Below are positions 35,744-45,535 of a stretch of DNA of 64,000 bases, piece by piece. How positions within the stretch are numbered: the first letter of the stretch is position 1; each line of letters begins with the position of its first letter. Position numbers and translations under genes: made by a program. The notes beneath the pieces were generated by a model. That model was not told where the DNA came from and ran no database searches. It saw only the letters and a program-made list of their open reading frames with translations. The DNA is from Candidatus Lutacidiplasma silvani (GTDB lineage: Archaea; Thermoplasmatota; Thermoplasmata; Lutacidiplasmatales; UBA184), in NCBI GenBank assembly GCA_022750295.1, contig JAKIVZ010000001.1:133651-197650 (forward strand). Reading direction: 5' to 3'.

Positions 35744-37506
35744 GCGCGGGGGGCGCCCGGGTCCCGATCCGGCGACTGACCCCCGAGGTCGTCCACCGGA
35801 TCGCCGCGGGCGAGGTCGTCGAGCGACCCGCCTCGGTCGTGAAGGAGCTCGTCGAGAATGCGATCGACGCCGGCGCGACCGAGATCGCCGTCGAACTCCG
35901 GGGAGGCGGCCTCGAATCGATCGAGGTCCGGGACGACGGGTCGGGGATCCCGACCGAGGAGCTGCCGCTCGCCGTCGAGCGGTACGCGACGAGCAAGCTC
36001 TCCCGGGCCGAGGGGCTCGAGGCGATCGCGACCCTCGGATTCCGGGGCGAAGCGCTCGCGGCGATCGGCGCGGTCTCCCACCTCACGATCGTATCCCGGA
36101 CGGGATCCGAGGACGCGGGGGGCGAGCTCCGCGTCGACGGAGGGGTCGTCCAGCCCGTCCGGCCCTCCGGTCGCGCGGCCGGGACGACCGTCACGGTCCG
36201 CGATCTCTTCTTCAACGTCCCGGCGCGGCGCAAGTTCCTCCGCGGGGCGGCCGCCGAGCAACTCGCGGTCGGCGACGCGATCGACCGGCTCTACCTTGCG
36301 CGGTCCGACCTCCTCCTGGCGCTGAGCTCCGACGGCCGCGAGGTGCGGCGGTACCCCCGGTCGGCGAACCGGAGGGACGCCGCGGCCCGCGTCCTCGGGG
36401 ACGAACTCCTCGACCACGGGACGGAGCTCGCCGACGGACCCTCCGATGGCGTCGCGATCGCCGGGGTCGTCGGCCGCCCGTCGCTGCACCGGGGGACGTC
36501 GCACGGCATCGTCCTCTCCGTCAACGGCCGGACGGTCGAGTCGCGCCCGCTCGCCCAGGCCGTACGCCTGGCGTACCGGGACTACCTCCCGGCGACGCGC
36601 TTTCCCGTGGCCGTCCTCGAGCTCACCGTCGACCCGGCCCGGGTCGACGTGAACGTCCACCCGACGAAGCGCGAGGTCCGGATCGCGCGCGAGCGCGACC
36701 TCGCCGAGCGGCTTCGAGTCGTGGTTCGCCAAGCGATCCGCGCCGGTTCTCACGTCGTCGACCGGGATTCGCCCCCGCCTCGACCGTGGACCCCCGCGCC
36801 CGAGTCGTCGGACGCCGAGGACGGCCTGGCCGTCGACCGGGACGTTCCGCTCGCCGCCCTCCCGGCGTCCCGCCAGCGGACGCTCGGGGACCCGGAACCC
36901 GCCCCGAACGTCGTCGGGACGACCCGGCATCCGGAACTCCGACTCGTGGGGGCGCTGTTCGACCTCTACTGGGTGGGGGAGAGCGAGGGTGGCCTGGTGT
37001 TGGTCGACCAGCACGCGGCGAGCGAGCGGGTCGTCTACGAGGCGTTCCGGCGCGAGGGGGCCCTGGGGCGGCAGGAACTCGTCGAGCCGATCACGATCCA
37101 TCTGACCTCGCGACGGTCCGAGGCGCTGCGGACGCACGCCGGCCCGGTCGACGCCGCCGGCTTCTCGGTCGAGCCGTTCGGGGGCGACGCGTACCGGTTG
37201 CGCGCGGTCCCCTCCTACCGGGGGCGGCGCGCCCGGCCCGAGGCGCTCCTCGGCCTCCTCGACGAGCTCGCCGAGGGGTCCCGCCCGACACTTCCCGACG
37301 GCCTCGAGGAGCGCGTCGCTGCCTCGATCGCCTGCCACGCCGCGGTCCGGGGCGGCGACCCGATCTCGGCCGCCGAGATGGGGCGGATCCTCGCGGCGCT
37401 CTACGCGCTCGGCGAAGCGGCGTTCGCGTGTCCCCACGGCCGCCCGATCGTCGTCGACGTCCCGCGCGGGCGGCTCGACCGGTGGTTCCTGCGGCCGAGC
37501 GCGTGA
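35740..37506 (+). CDS. mutL: DNA mismatch repair endonuclease MutL
   Basis: IAAGEVVERPASVVKELVENAIDAGA, GFRGEAL and DVNVHPTK, plus endonuclease motifs DQHAASERVVYE, ACH and CPHGRP. The GTG start overlaps the mutS stop. Confidence 0.96.
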   Translation: MSAGGARVPIRRLTPEVVHRIAAGEVVERPASVVKELVENAIDAGATEIAVELRGGGLESIEVRDDGSGIPTEELPLAVERYATSKLSRAEGLEAIATLGFRGEALAAIGAVSHLTIVSRTGSEDAGGELRVDGGVVQPVRPSGRAAGTTVTVRDLFFNVPARRKFLRGAAAEQLAVGDAIDRLYLARSDLLLALSSDGREVRRYPRSANRRDAAARVLGDELLDHGTELADGPSDGVAIAGVVGRPSLHRGTSHGIVLSVNGRTVESRPLAQAVRLAYRDYLPATRFPVAVLELTVDPARVDVNVHPTKREVRIARERDLAERLRVVVRQAIRAGSHVVDRDSPPPRPWTPAPESSDAEDGLAVDRDVPLAALPASRQRTLGDPEPAPNVVGTTRHPELRLVGALFDLYWVGESEGGLVLVDQHAASERVVYEAFRREGALGRQELVEPITIHLTSRRSEALRTHAGPVDAAGFSVEPFGGDAYRLRAVPSYRGRRARPEALLGLLDELAEGSRPTLPDGLEERVAASIACHAAVRGGDPISAAEMGRILAALYALGEAAFACPHGRPIVVDVPRGRLDRWFLRPSA

Positions 37507-37520
37507 GACTCGGATGTCGG

Positions 37521-38051
37521 ATGCGCGAGACCGAGATGGTGGAGCCGGTCCGGCGCCACCTCGAATCGCTCGGCTACCGGGTGTTCGTCAACCCGGACGG
37601 CGCCGACTACTTCGACGTCGTCGTCCGACGCGGCTCCGAGGTCGGCCTCGTCGAGCTGAAGGTCGCCGACTGGAAGACGGTCGTCACGCAGGCGTTGCGG
37701 CGGCGCGGCTGGGGGGACTGGGTCGCCGTGGTGCTGCCCCGCCGCTCGCTCGCCGAGAAGGCGGTCGCCCGCCGGACCGCGCCCCGCGGCACCCGCGTCG
37801 GGGTCTGGTACCTGTCCCGCGACACGGTCGAGATCCTCCGCCCGGCGACCCCGTTCGTCCTCGAAGGGGAGGTCGACCCGTTCCCGGACCCGAAGCGATG
37901 GCTCCTCGAACGGCTCGCGATCGCCGACGGCGCCGGGGTCGCCGAACCGGTCACGTGGTCGGTGCCGGACGCCGGGCGGGTCGGCGCCCGGCGGCGGTCG
38001 AGCCGCGAGTGGCGGCTCGAGGAGTTTCCGGAGCCGGGCGGGCCGCCGTGA
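37521..38051 (+). CDS. PD-(D/E)xK nuclease-family protein (DUF2161-like)
   Basis: MRETEMVEPVRRHLESLGYRV...FDVVVRRGSEVGLVELK...QALRR..GDWVAVVLP, 14 nt after the mutL stop. Confidence 0.7.
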   Translation: MRETEMVEPVRRHLESLGYRVFVNPDGADYFDVVVRRGSEVGLVELKVADWKTVVTQALRRRGWGDWVAVVLPRRSLAEKAVARRTAPRGTRVGVWYLSRDTVEILRPATPFVLEGEVDPFPDPKRWLLERLAIADGAGVAEPVTWSVPDAGRVGARRRSSREWRLEEFPEPGGPP

Positions 38052-39024
38052 CCCCCGGGCCCCGGGCCCGCTCGACCCTCGCGAGGACCTTTCGCGCGGT
38101 CAGCGTGACGCGCTTGCTCGGGTTCCCCGGGGGCTCGACCTGCCAGGGGGTCGGTCGGTCCTTGGGGTGCTTCGCGTACCACTCGGCCATCCCGTCGGCG
38201 ACGTCCGGGTGGACGGCGTCGAGCTCCCAGCGGCCGTCCCGCCGTCGGCGCTGGGTGAGCCAGGCGAGCGCGTAGTCGATCCTCGGGTCGGCCCCGTAGC
38301 CGAGCCCGGTGAGCGCGTCGAGGCCGACGAGCATGTCGTAGTAGTAGTGGACCGGGGAGTGGGTCCGGGACCACGGCTCGTACGGGTCGCCCTGGACGTG
38401 GAGCTCGCGCGAGAGGAAGAACTCGGCCCCCCGCTCGACGGTGCCGGCGATCTCCGGCGTCCACTTGGCGCGCGGATAGGCCGCGAACGCGGTCAGCGGC
38501 TCGAAGGCGTCGAGCGCCCGGCCGGACCCGTAGCACGACCAGCCGCCCTTCCGGTCGGCGGCGCTCACCAGCCAGTCGACGGCCCGGCGGACCCGGGGGT
38601 CGTCCCCGTACCCGAACTGGACGAGCGCCCGAACCGCGTTCCCCGTGGTGCAGAGGTGACTTCGTCCGTTCCCGTCCGGCCCGAACCCCCCGTCGTCCTT
38701 GTGCTCCCGCTCGAACCACAGCTCGCACGACTCCCGGATCGCCGGGTGGTCCCGGGTGATCCCGAGGTCGGCGAGGACGAGAAGCCGCCAGAGGGTCGAG
38801 CGGTACTTCGGGTGGTAGAGTCGCTTCCCGTCGGCCCACCAGCCGGCCGGATTCCGCTCCGCGAGGATCTCCGCGACCCAGCCGGTCGTCGGGATCTCCG
38901 CGCGGGCCGCCCGGACCTCGGGGTCGGTTTCGGGCCGGGCGAGGAGCTGGGTCAACGCCTCGGCCCGGATCGACGGCTGGTCCGGCTCGAGCAGCCACGC
39001 GAGGGCGGGGTCCGACTTCGCCAC
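37951..39024 (-). CDS. Prenyltransferase/squalene-oxidase repeat protein
   Basis: QW-like repeats (RNPAGWW, HKDDGGF, DRKGGW, RRRDGRW), YHPKYRST, HYYYDML and SKRVTL. Confidence 0.75.
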   Translation of the reverse strand: MAKSDPALAWLLEPDQPSIRAEALTQLLARPETDPEVRAARAEIPTTGWVAEILAERNPAGWWADGKRLYHPKYRSTLWRLLVLADLGITRDHPAIRESCELWFEREHKDDGGFGPDGNGRSHLCTTGNAVRALVQFGYGDDPRVRRAVDWLVSAADRKGGWSCYGSGRALDAFEPLTAFAAYPRAKWTPEIAGTVERGAEFFLSRELHVQGDPYEPWSRTHSPVHYYYDMLVGLDALTGLGYGADPRIDYALAWLTQRRRRDGRWELDAVHPDVADGMAEWYAKHPKDRPTPWQVEPPGNPSKRVTLTARKVLARVERARGPGVTAARPAPETPRAATRGSTAAGRRPARRPAPTT

Positions 39025-39089
39025 GACCGGGCCAATTCCCGGGCGAACTATAGGCCGACGGAGAGCCGGCGAAACGCCCCGCTCGTCCG

Positions 39090-40244
39090 TCAGTTCGGCC
39101 GGACGCGGGCGGCGAACAGACCCTCGAACCGCTCGGCCATCTTCTCGTACGAGAGGGTGTCGGCGTACACCTGCCCCCGTCGCCCGACCTCCCGCCGGGT
39201 CGCGGGGTCGGCAAGGAGCTCGGCGAGCTCGCTCGCGTACGAGCCCGCGTCGTCGTCCGAGACCACCCGGACGTCGGTCGGCGCCGTCGCCCCGTCCATC
39301 GGGACGTGGGCGCTGACGACGGTCGCGACGCCGTACCGCATCGCCTCGCGGGGGGCAAGGCCGAACCCCTCGTACCGGGCCGGAAACACGAAGACGTCCG
39401 CGGCACGGTAGACCTGGGCCTTGGTCGTCTCGTCCACGACGCCGAGACCGTTCACGCCGGGCTCGGGCTTCGGTGTGGTGCCGGCGACGAGCATCCGGGC
39501 CCCCGGGAAGAAGACCCGGACGCGTCGGAACGCGGCGAGCGCGAGGTCGAGACCCTGGCGATCCGGGGTCTTCCCGACGAACGCGACGACCGGGACATCG
39601 GCCGGGATGTGAAGCGCGGCCCGGGCGGTCTCCCGGGTCCCGACGTCGAGCGGAGCCGGGACCCCGAGGGGGAGGAGCGCGACCCGGTCCTTCGCCACCG
39701 CGTAGTACTTCGCGAGGAGTGCCCGGTTCGCCTCGCTGCCCACGATCACGACGTCGGCCCGCTTGAGCGCCGTCGACTCGAGCTGGACGAGCGCGCGTCG
39801 GTCGAACCAGTTGCCGACCCTCTGGCGGACCCCCGCGTTCGCCTGCAGGGGTCGGAGCGTATCGAACGTGTGGAGCGCGACGTCGTGGAAGAACATCCCG
39901 AACACCGAGCGCCTCCCGCGCCCGTTGGGGACGTCGAGGGCGCCCGCCTTCTCGTCGTTCCCCACCACGACGTCGGCGTCGGGTCGGAGGAGCGACGAGG
40001 CGGCTTTCCCGACCGCGATGTCGCGGGCGAACGGCCTTCGGGAAACCCCGACCAGCGGGACCGACACCGCCTCGACCCCGGTCGGGCCGGGCGGGGCCGG
40101 TCGTCCGTCCGAGGGGTACAGGACCCGGACGGAATGGCCCCGCTCGGCGAGCGCCCGCCCGAGCTCCCAGACGGTCCGGCTGAGGCCGCTCGTCGGGTCG
40201 TCCGGGGCGGCGGTCGCGAGGAAATCGATCCGCCAGTCCGCCAT
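39090..40244 (-). CDS. Glycosyltransferase family 4
   Basis: LAERGHSV and YRAADVFVFPARYEGFGLAPREAM (ExxxxxxxE) motifs. Confidence 0.9.
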   Translation of the reverse strand: MADWRIDFLATAAPDDPTSGLSRTVWELGRALAERGHSVRVLYPSDGRPAPPGPTGVEAVSVPLVGVSRRPFARDIAVGKAASSLLRPDADVVVGNDEKAGALDVPNGRGRRSVFGMFFHDVALHTFDTLRPLQANAGVRQRVGNWFDRRALVQLESTALKRADVVIVGSEANRALLAKYYAVAKDRVALLPLGVPAPLDVGTRETARAALHIPADVPVVAFVGKTPDRQGLDLALAAFRRVRVFFPGARMLVAGTTPKPEPGVNGLGVVDETTKAQVYRAADVFVFPARYEGFGLAPREAMRYGVATVVSAHVPMDGATAPTDVRVVSDDDAGSYASELAELLADPATRREVGRRGQVYADTLSYEKMAERFEGLFAARVRPN

Positions 40245-40257
40245 CGCTCCGGTCCGA

Positions 40258-41766
40258 CTACGCGGCCGCCGGGGCGAGGAGCGACGCGAACGACCGGCCG
40301 TTCCAGGCGGGGGGGACGGGGACGTCCATCGTCTCGAGGATCGTCGGGGCGATGTCGAGGAGCGACCGGGGGGTCGTCTCGGTCCTGGGCGGGACCCCCT
40401 CTCCGGCGGCGATCAGGATCCCGTTCATCCGGTGGACCCCGCTTCCGTAGAAGAAGCCGGGTCGGTCGCGGAGCATCGGTTCCGGGTAGCTGAAGTCCAT
40501 CCGGGGCTCGGTCCCGAGGTCGTCGATCTTCAGGAGGACCGCGGGGGCCTGGTCGAGGAGGCGCCCCGCGTAGATCTCGCCTGGGGCGTAGGTCTCCACC
40601 CGGGCGTCCGGGAACGCCGCGAGCTTCTGCCGGATCTCGGCGACGACCCGGGCGTTCAGGTCGGCCGACATCGACCGGTTGTACCGGTTGAGGTAGATCC
40701 CCTCCGGGACGGGGTAGGAGTAGGCGGTCGTCCGGTCCCAGTCGATCCGCTCGGCCATCGACTCGAAGCTCGCCTCCCCGGCGAGGAACTTCGCGATCTT
40801 CTCCCGGCCCGACCGGCCGCGCAGCCGGTCGGCGATCGCGTGGACGACCCAGCGGGTCGGGGGAAACTTCTCGCTCGCGAGGAGGAGCCGGGAGACGGTG
40901 CGGCGGCGGCCGCCGGCCCCCCCGTTCTTGAACACGAGGTACCCCTCCTGGGCGAGCCACCGGTTGGTGAAGAAATCGGCCTGCGCGGGGCCGTGGCCGT
41001 GGTCGGAGATCACGAGCGTCACGGCGGGGCCGCCCGCGGCCCGGAACGCCCGGTCGATCTTCTCGCACGCCGCGTCGATCGCCTTCCAGAAGGCGACGAG
41101 GTCGGCGCCGACCGGCCCGGAGCCGCCCGCGAGCTCGGTCCAGTGCTGGTGCTGGATCCGGTCGGTCTCGCGGAAGAGCACGAAGAGGAACTCGGGCTTG
41201 TACTGGGTGCAGAGGAGCTCGGCGGAGTGGCCCCGCTGCTCGACCCCGTGGGTCGCGAGCTCCATCCAGCTCGCCCGGTCGGTCCCCCGGTACGCCGGGA
41301 GCTCGGGGAGGATCGGCTCGCCGAGGCTCTCTTCCAGGGAGGCGCGGAGCCCGGCGGGGTAGGTGGGGGGGTTCTCGGTCAGCATCCCCGGGAGCACGAA
41401 CCCGTGGATCGGATAGCCGGCCCGCAGCGGGAAATTCATCACGCCGACCGCGATTCCGCGCCGCGACAGGTGGTCCCAGACCGCCTCGGCGGGGCGGAAC
41501 GATTGGACGATGCGGCTCTTACCGGGGCCCCCGTCCGGCTCGGTGAACCCGAAGATACCGAGGGAGCCGGGGTCGAGGCCGGTCGCGAACGAGTACCAGG
41601 CCGGGATCGTCTTGGGCGGGTAGACGGACGCGAGCGGGGCCCGCAGGCCGCGCTCGGTCAGCGACCGGAGGAACGGCAGCGTCCCGTTCCGCATGAGGGG
41701 GTCCAGGAGGTCGAACGTTCCCCCGTCCAGCCCAAGAACGAGGACCCTCCGGCGGGCTGGTGGCAT
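40258..41766 (-). CDS. Alkaline phosphatase-superfamily protein (type I phosphodiesterase/nucleotide pyrophosphatase)
   Basis: VLVLGLDGGT, PPKTIPAWYSFATG, TDRIQH, VISDHG and SGVHRMNG motifs. Confidence 0.88.
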   Translation of the reverse strand: MPPARRRVLVLGLDGGTFDLLDPLMRNGTLPFLRSLTERGLRAPLASVYPPKTIPAWYSFATGLDPGSLGIFGFTEPDGGPGKSRIVQSFRPAEAVWDHLSRRGIAVGVMNFPLRAGYPIHGFVLPGMLTENPPTYPAGLRASLEESLGEPILPELPAYRGTDRASWMELATHGVEQRGHSAELLCTQYKPEFLFVLFRETDRIQHQHWTELAGGSGPVGADLVAFWKAIDAACEKIDRAFRAAGGPAVTLVISDHGHGPAQADFFTNRWLAQEGYLVFKNGGAGGRRRTVSRLLLASEKFPPTRWVVHAIADRLRGRSGREKIAKFLAGEASFESMAERIDWDRTTAYSYPVPEGIYLNRYNRSMSADLNARVVAEIRQKLAAFPDARVETYAPGEIYAGRLLDQAPAVLLKIDDLGTEPRMDFSYPEPMLRDRPGFFYGSGVHRMNGILIAAGEGVPPRTETTPRSLLDIAPTILETMDVPVPPAWNGRSFASLLAPAAA

Positions 41767-41842
41767 TCGTGGACTCCTCAGGAGATACGGGCGAGCGTAG
41801 GACCCGGGGCGGGCTATATGACGGTTGGTACAAGACCGAGCG

Positions 41843-43747
41843 TCAGAGCATCCGGATCGCTTCCAGATTGAACGGAACGCGCGTCTCGATGTTGAACCGC
41901 TTGTGGAGGCCGGTGGCAAGGTCGAGCGCCTTCGACTCCTCCCCGTGGTTGAGGATGATCCGGTTCGGCCGGGGGTCGAGCGTCGCCACGTAGTTCATCA
42001 GCTGGACCCGGTCGGAGTGGCCGCTGAACCCCTCGATCGTGGCGACCTCGAGCCGGACCGGGACCGACCCCTGCCGGCCGCCGTCCAGGAACGTCGCCTC
42101 GTTGAGGCCGCGCTGCAGCCGACGGCCGAACGTCCCGTCGGCCTGGTAGCCGACGAACAGGATGCCGTTCTTCTCCTCCGGGGCCCAGGCGCGGAAGTAC
42201 TCCATCACCGGGCCCCCGCTCATCATCCCGCTCGTCGCGAGGATGATGCACGGGTCCTTCGAGTCGAGGATCGAGTACCGCATCTGGGACGAGTCGACCC
42301 GGTGGAAGACGTCGGAGAGGAACGGGTTGTCCCCCTGCTGGAAGATCTGGGTCCGGAGCTGGCTGTTCAGGTACTCCGGGTACGCCGTGTGGATGGCGGT
42401 CGCCTCGAAGATCATCCCGTCCAGGTAGACGGGGACCTTCGGGATCTTCCCCTCCCGCATCCGCTCCTCGAGGACGAGCATGACCTCCTGGGAGCGTCCG
42501 ACGGCGAACACGGGGACGATGAGCTTCCCGCCCCGGGCGAGGACCTTCGACGCGAGGTTCGCGAACTCGTCGGTCGCCTGCTGGCGGCTCGGCTGGACGT
42601 CCCGGTACCCGCCGTACGTCGACTCGAGGATCAGGGTCTCGAGGCGAGGGAACCGGTTCGCCGCCGGGTTGAACAGCCAGCTCCGCTCGAACTTGATGTC
42701 GCCCGAATAGGCGAGGTTGTGGTCGCCGTCGCCCAGGTGGAAGTGGCAGATCGACGAGCCCAGGATGTGGCCCGCGTTGTGCATCGTGAGCCGCATGTCC
42801 GGTGCGATGTCGGTCGTCTCGCCCCACCGGAGCGGGATCGTCCGGGCGACCATGTCGCGGACGTGGGACGAGTCGTAGAGCCCCTTCCGCGCCTCCTGGT
42901 TGGTGACCCGGATCGCGTCGAGGAGCATGAGCGCCATCATGTCGCGCGTCGGCGCGGTGCAGTAGATCGGGCCGTTGTAGCCGTACTTCAGCAGCACGGG
43001 GACGAGCCCGCAGTGGTCGAGGTGGGCGTGGGTGACCACGACGGCGTCCAGCGAATCGAGGGGGAGGAGTTCCGGCGCGTTGAAGAACGGGGTCCGGTCG
43101 GAGCCCGGGTCGATCCCGCAGTCGATCAGGACCTTCGAGTTCTGCGTGGTGAGGAGGTGGGCGCTCCGGCCGACTTCCCGGTACCCGCCGAGCGCGGTGC
43201 TGCGGGCCCAGATCTTCTCCGGGAGCCGGTCCCGGGCGACCTTGACGCCGACGTTCTTGAGGAATTTGCGCCGCTGGTCGAAGACGTTCCGCAGATGGGT
43301 CCGGACCTCCTCGACGGTCTTCGAGGGGATCGGGGGGGTCCGGACGACGGTCGGGACCCATCCGATCCGGCGTTTGAGCTCGTTGAGAACCGACCCTTGG
43401 CGGCCGATCGCGGCCCCGGGGTTCGCCGCCTCGATGGTCACCTCCCCCGTCTCGGGCTCGAAGTAGAGGTTCTGGATCTCCGCCTCGCGCGGGATCAGCT
43501 CCCGGATCGCCGCCTCGGCCTCCTTCGGGTCGATGAGCGTCTCGGGGTCGGACCGGACGAGGACGCGCCGCCGGAGCCGCTGCGCGACCTGGCGCAGGAG
43601 GTCGCCCCCGGAAAGGAACGCGTCGAGTTGCTTCGTGTAGAGGACGATGTGCGGGCCCTCGAGCTCGATGTCGGTGACCTCGATGTTCTCCGGCAAGACC
43701 TCCCGGAGGGCCTCGCGGGTCTGCTCAATGAGCGAGTCGAAACTCAT
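41843..43747 (-). CDS. fttA: Beta-CASP ribonuclease aCPSF1 (transcription termination factor FttA)
   Basis: N-terminal KH domains, LGGYREVGRS, THAHLDH, AGHILGS and GFSGHSD. Adjacent to psmB, as is usual in archaea. Confidence 0.95.
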   Translation of the reverse strand: MSFDSLIEQTREALREVLPENIEVTDIELEGPHIVLYTKQLDAFLSGGDLLRQVAQRLRRRVLVRSDPETLIDPKEAEAAIRELIPREAEIQNLYFEPETGEVTIEAANPGAAIGRQGSVLNELKRRIGWVPTVVRTPPIPSKTVEEVRTHLRNVFDQRRKFLKNVGVKVARDRLPEKIWARSTALGGYREVGRSAHLLTTQNSKVLIDCGIDPGSDRTPFFNAPELLPLDSLDAVVVTHAHLDHCGLVPVLLKYGYNGPIYCTAPTRDMMALMLLDAIRVTNQEARKGLYDSSHVRDMVARTIPLRWGETTDIAPDMRLTMHNAGHILGSSICHFHLGDGDHNLAYSGDIKFERSWLFNPAANRFPRLETLILESTYGGYRDVQPSRQQATDEFANLASKVLARGGKLIVPVFAVGRSQEVMLVLEERMREGKIPKVPVYLDGMIFEATAIHTAYPEYLNSQLRTQIFQQGDNPFLSDVFHRVDSSQMRYSILDSKDPCIILATSGMMSGGPVMEYFRAWAPEEKNGILFVGYQADGTFGRRLQRGLNEATFLDGGRQGSVPVRLEVATIEGFSGHSDRVQLMNYVATLDPRPNRIILNHGEESKALDLATGLHKRFNIETRVPFNLEAIRML

Positions 43748-43804
43748 CCTTGATCTGGAAGGGGTTCGCGGGAAGGGGTTGGGCCCGGAGGGGCACGAAT
43801 CGGG

Positions 43805-44476
43805 TCAGGGGAGCACAGGGGGCAGGGGAATCTTGAGCGCCTTCAGCCGCTTATTGATTTCGTCCTCGGAGAACTCGCGGTACTCCTTCGACGTGATCGT
43901 GTGGACGATGTAGCCGTCGCCGCTCGCGGAGTCCCGCTTCATCGCGACCGTGAGGCCGCGGAGCGCGAGGTCGACCCCGTCGGAGACCGACATGTCGCGG
44001 CTGTAGACCTCCTCGAGGACGCCGTACGCGAACGTCGAGCCCGAGCCGACCGAAACGTACCGGTCCTCGATCGAGCCCCCCGCCGGGTCCACGGAGAAGA
44101 CGTGTCCGCCCTTCCCGTCGACTCCGCCGAGGATGAGCCACGCGTAGTAGGGGAACATCCGGTTCCCGCTCAGGATGTTCGCCAGGAGCGTCGCCGCGCC
44201 CTCGGTGCTCAGCGGGGCGCTGCGGCGGAGGCGGTAGAGGGAGACCTCCGCGCGGAGGTACCGGCCGAGGACCTGGGCGTCGCCGACGAGGCCGGCGACG
44301 GTCATGCCCACGTTCTGGTCGATCTTGAACAGCTTGTTCGTCGACTTGTTCGCGATCATCGTGCCGGCCGTGGCGCGGCGCTCGGTCGCGAGGACGACTC
44401 CGTCCTTGCAGACCATGCCGATGGTGGTGGTACCCTTCAGGAGACGCTCTTCATCCTTGGCCGTGACTACGTGCAT
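43805..44476 (-). CDS. psmB: Proteasome subunit beta
   Basis: Propeptide followed by KG/TTTIG, ATERRAT, AGLVGDAQ, GSGS and RDSASG. Confidence 0.96.
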   Translation of the reverse strand: MHVVTAKDEERLLKGTTTIGMVCKDGVVLATERRATAGTMIANKSTNKLFKIDQNVGMTVAGLVGDAQVLGRYLRAEVSLYRLRRSAPLSTEGAATLLANILSGNRMFPYYAWLILGGVDGKGGHVFSVDPAGGSIEDRYVSVGSGSTFAYGVLEEVYSRDMSVSDGVDLALRGLTVAMKRDSASGDGYIVHTITSKEYREFSEDEINKRLKALKIPLPPVLP

Positions 44477-44523
44477 GAAATCCTCCGTCGGCTTATCGGA
44501 AAAGCGGTCGGGTGACCGAGGGT

Positions 44524-44536
44524 CCGTATATAAGCA
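44524..44536 (-). promoter_or_regulatory. TATA box upstream of psmB
   Basis: Minus-strand GCTTATATAC about 50 nt upstream of the ATG. Confidence 0.5.
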
Positions 44537-44646
44537 CGCGCGAGTCCGGTTACCGTCGCGACAGCCGATTTCGCTCCGGCGGCGTCCGGGGAGCCCCTTC
44601 GCGACCGTCGGCAGGTTGAAAACCCCCGCCCGGCGTCGTCCGAGGG

Positions 44647-45429
44647 ATGAGCCGCCGATCGACCCGATTCGGAACGCTGGCCCTGCCCGCACTCGTGGCC
44701 CTTGTGCTGTGCCTCGTACCGCTGACGGCGGCGAGCGGGAGCGGATTCAACCTGTCGTTCTCGCAGGTCCCGAACCTGAGCGTGAACTCGAACGTCGCGA
44801 TCACCGCCCTCTCGACGTCGTACTCGAGCGGTCCGAACCTGACGGTGACGACCTCGGTCTCCGGCACGATCCAGACGGCGAATGGGGACTACTTCTACGA
44901 CTGGTACTTCGGCGGCGGCGGCTCCGACAACTCGACGGCGTGGGTGGAGTACTCGAACAACACCACCTCGGCGGACTACTACGGCGGCTCGAGCAGCGGC
45001 GGGTCGTCCGGCTCGCTCCCGGTCCATGTCTCGGGCGGGACCATCACGTTCACGATCTCCGCGGGCATTGTCGGGCCGTCGAGCGCGTTCACCGCGAACG
45101 CGTACGGCGAGTACGTCAACGATCAGGGCGCCGGCTCGTACAGCTACAGCTACCTCGGCAGCAACTACGACAACGCCGGCTGCACGACGCTCGACTGCGT
45201 CGGTACCGGAGGAGGAGGCTCGAGCGGCAACGCCGCCGGGCTCCTCGGCTTCGGATTCGCGCTCCTGCTGCTGATCGTCGTCCTTCCAGTCGTGATCATC
45301 ATCATCATCATCGTCGTCGTGGTCGTACTCGTTGTCCGGAAGAAGCCGGCGCCGACCCCGCCCCCCACCTGGCAGCAGCCTCCCCCGCCCGGCATGATGC
45401 CGCCTCCCCCGCCGCCTCCCCCCCAGTAG
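44647..45429 (+). CDS. Secreted/membrane-anchored protein with Pro-rich cytoplasmic tail
   Basis: Signal peptide, Ser/Tyr/Asn-rich domain, long hydrophobic helix, RKK stop-transfer and a poly-Pro tail. Confidence 0.75.
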   Translation: MSRRSTRFGTLALPALVALVLCLVPLTAASGSGFNLSFSQVPNLSVNSNVAITALSTSYSSGPNLTVTTSVSGTIQTANGDYFYDWYFGGGGSDNSTAWVEYSNNTTSADYYGGSSSGGSSGSLPVHVSGGTITFTISAGIVGPSSAFTANAYGEYVNDQGAGSYSYSYLGSNYDNAGCTTLDCVGTGGGGSSGNAAGLLGFGFALLLLIVVLPVVIIIIIIVVVVVLVVRKKPAPTPPPTWQQPPPPGMMPPPPPPPPQ

Positions 45430-45535
45430 GGAGAGCGCCCCGCCGGGGGGCCCGACGAGCGTCGGGCTCCCCCGGCCAACTTTTTGGACCGAACCGCTAA
45501 AAGGCCGGGCGCATCGGTCCGCCGGTCGTTCTTCG

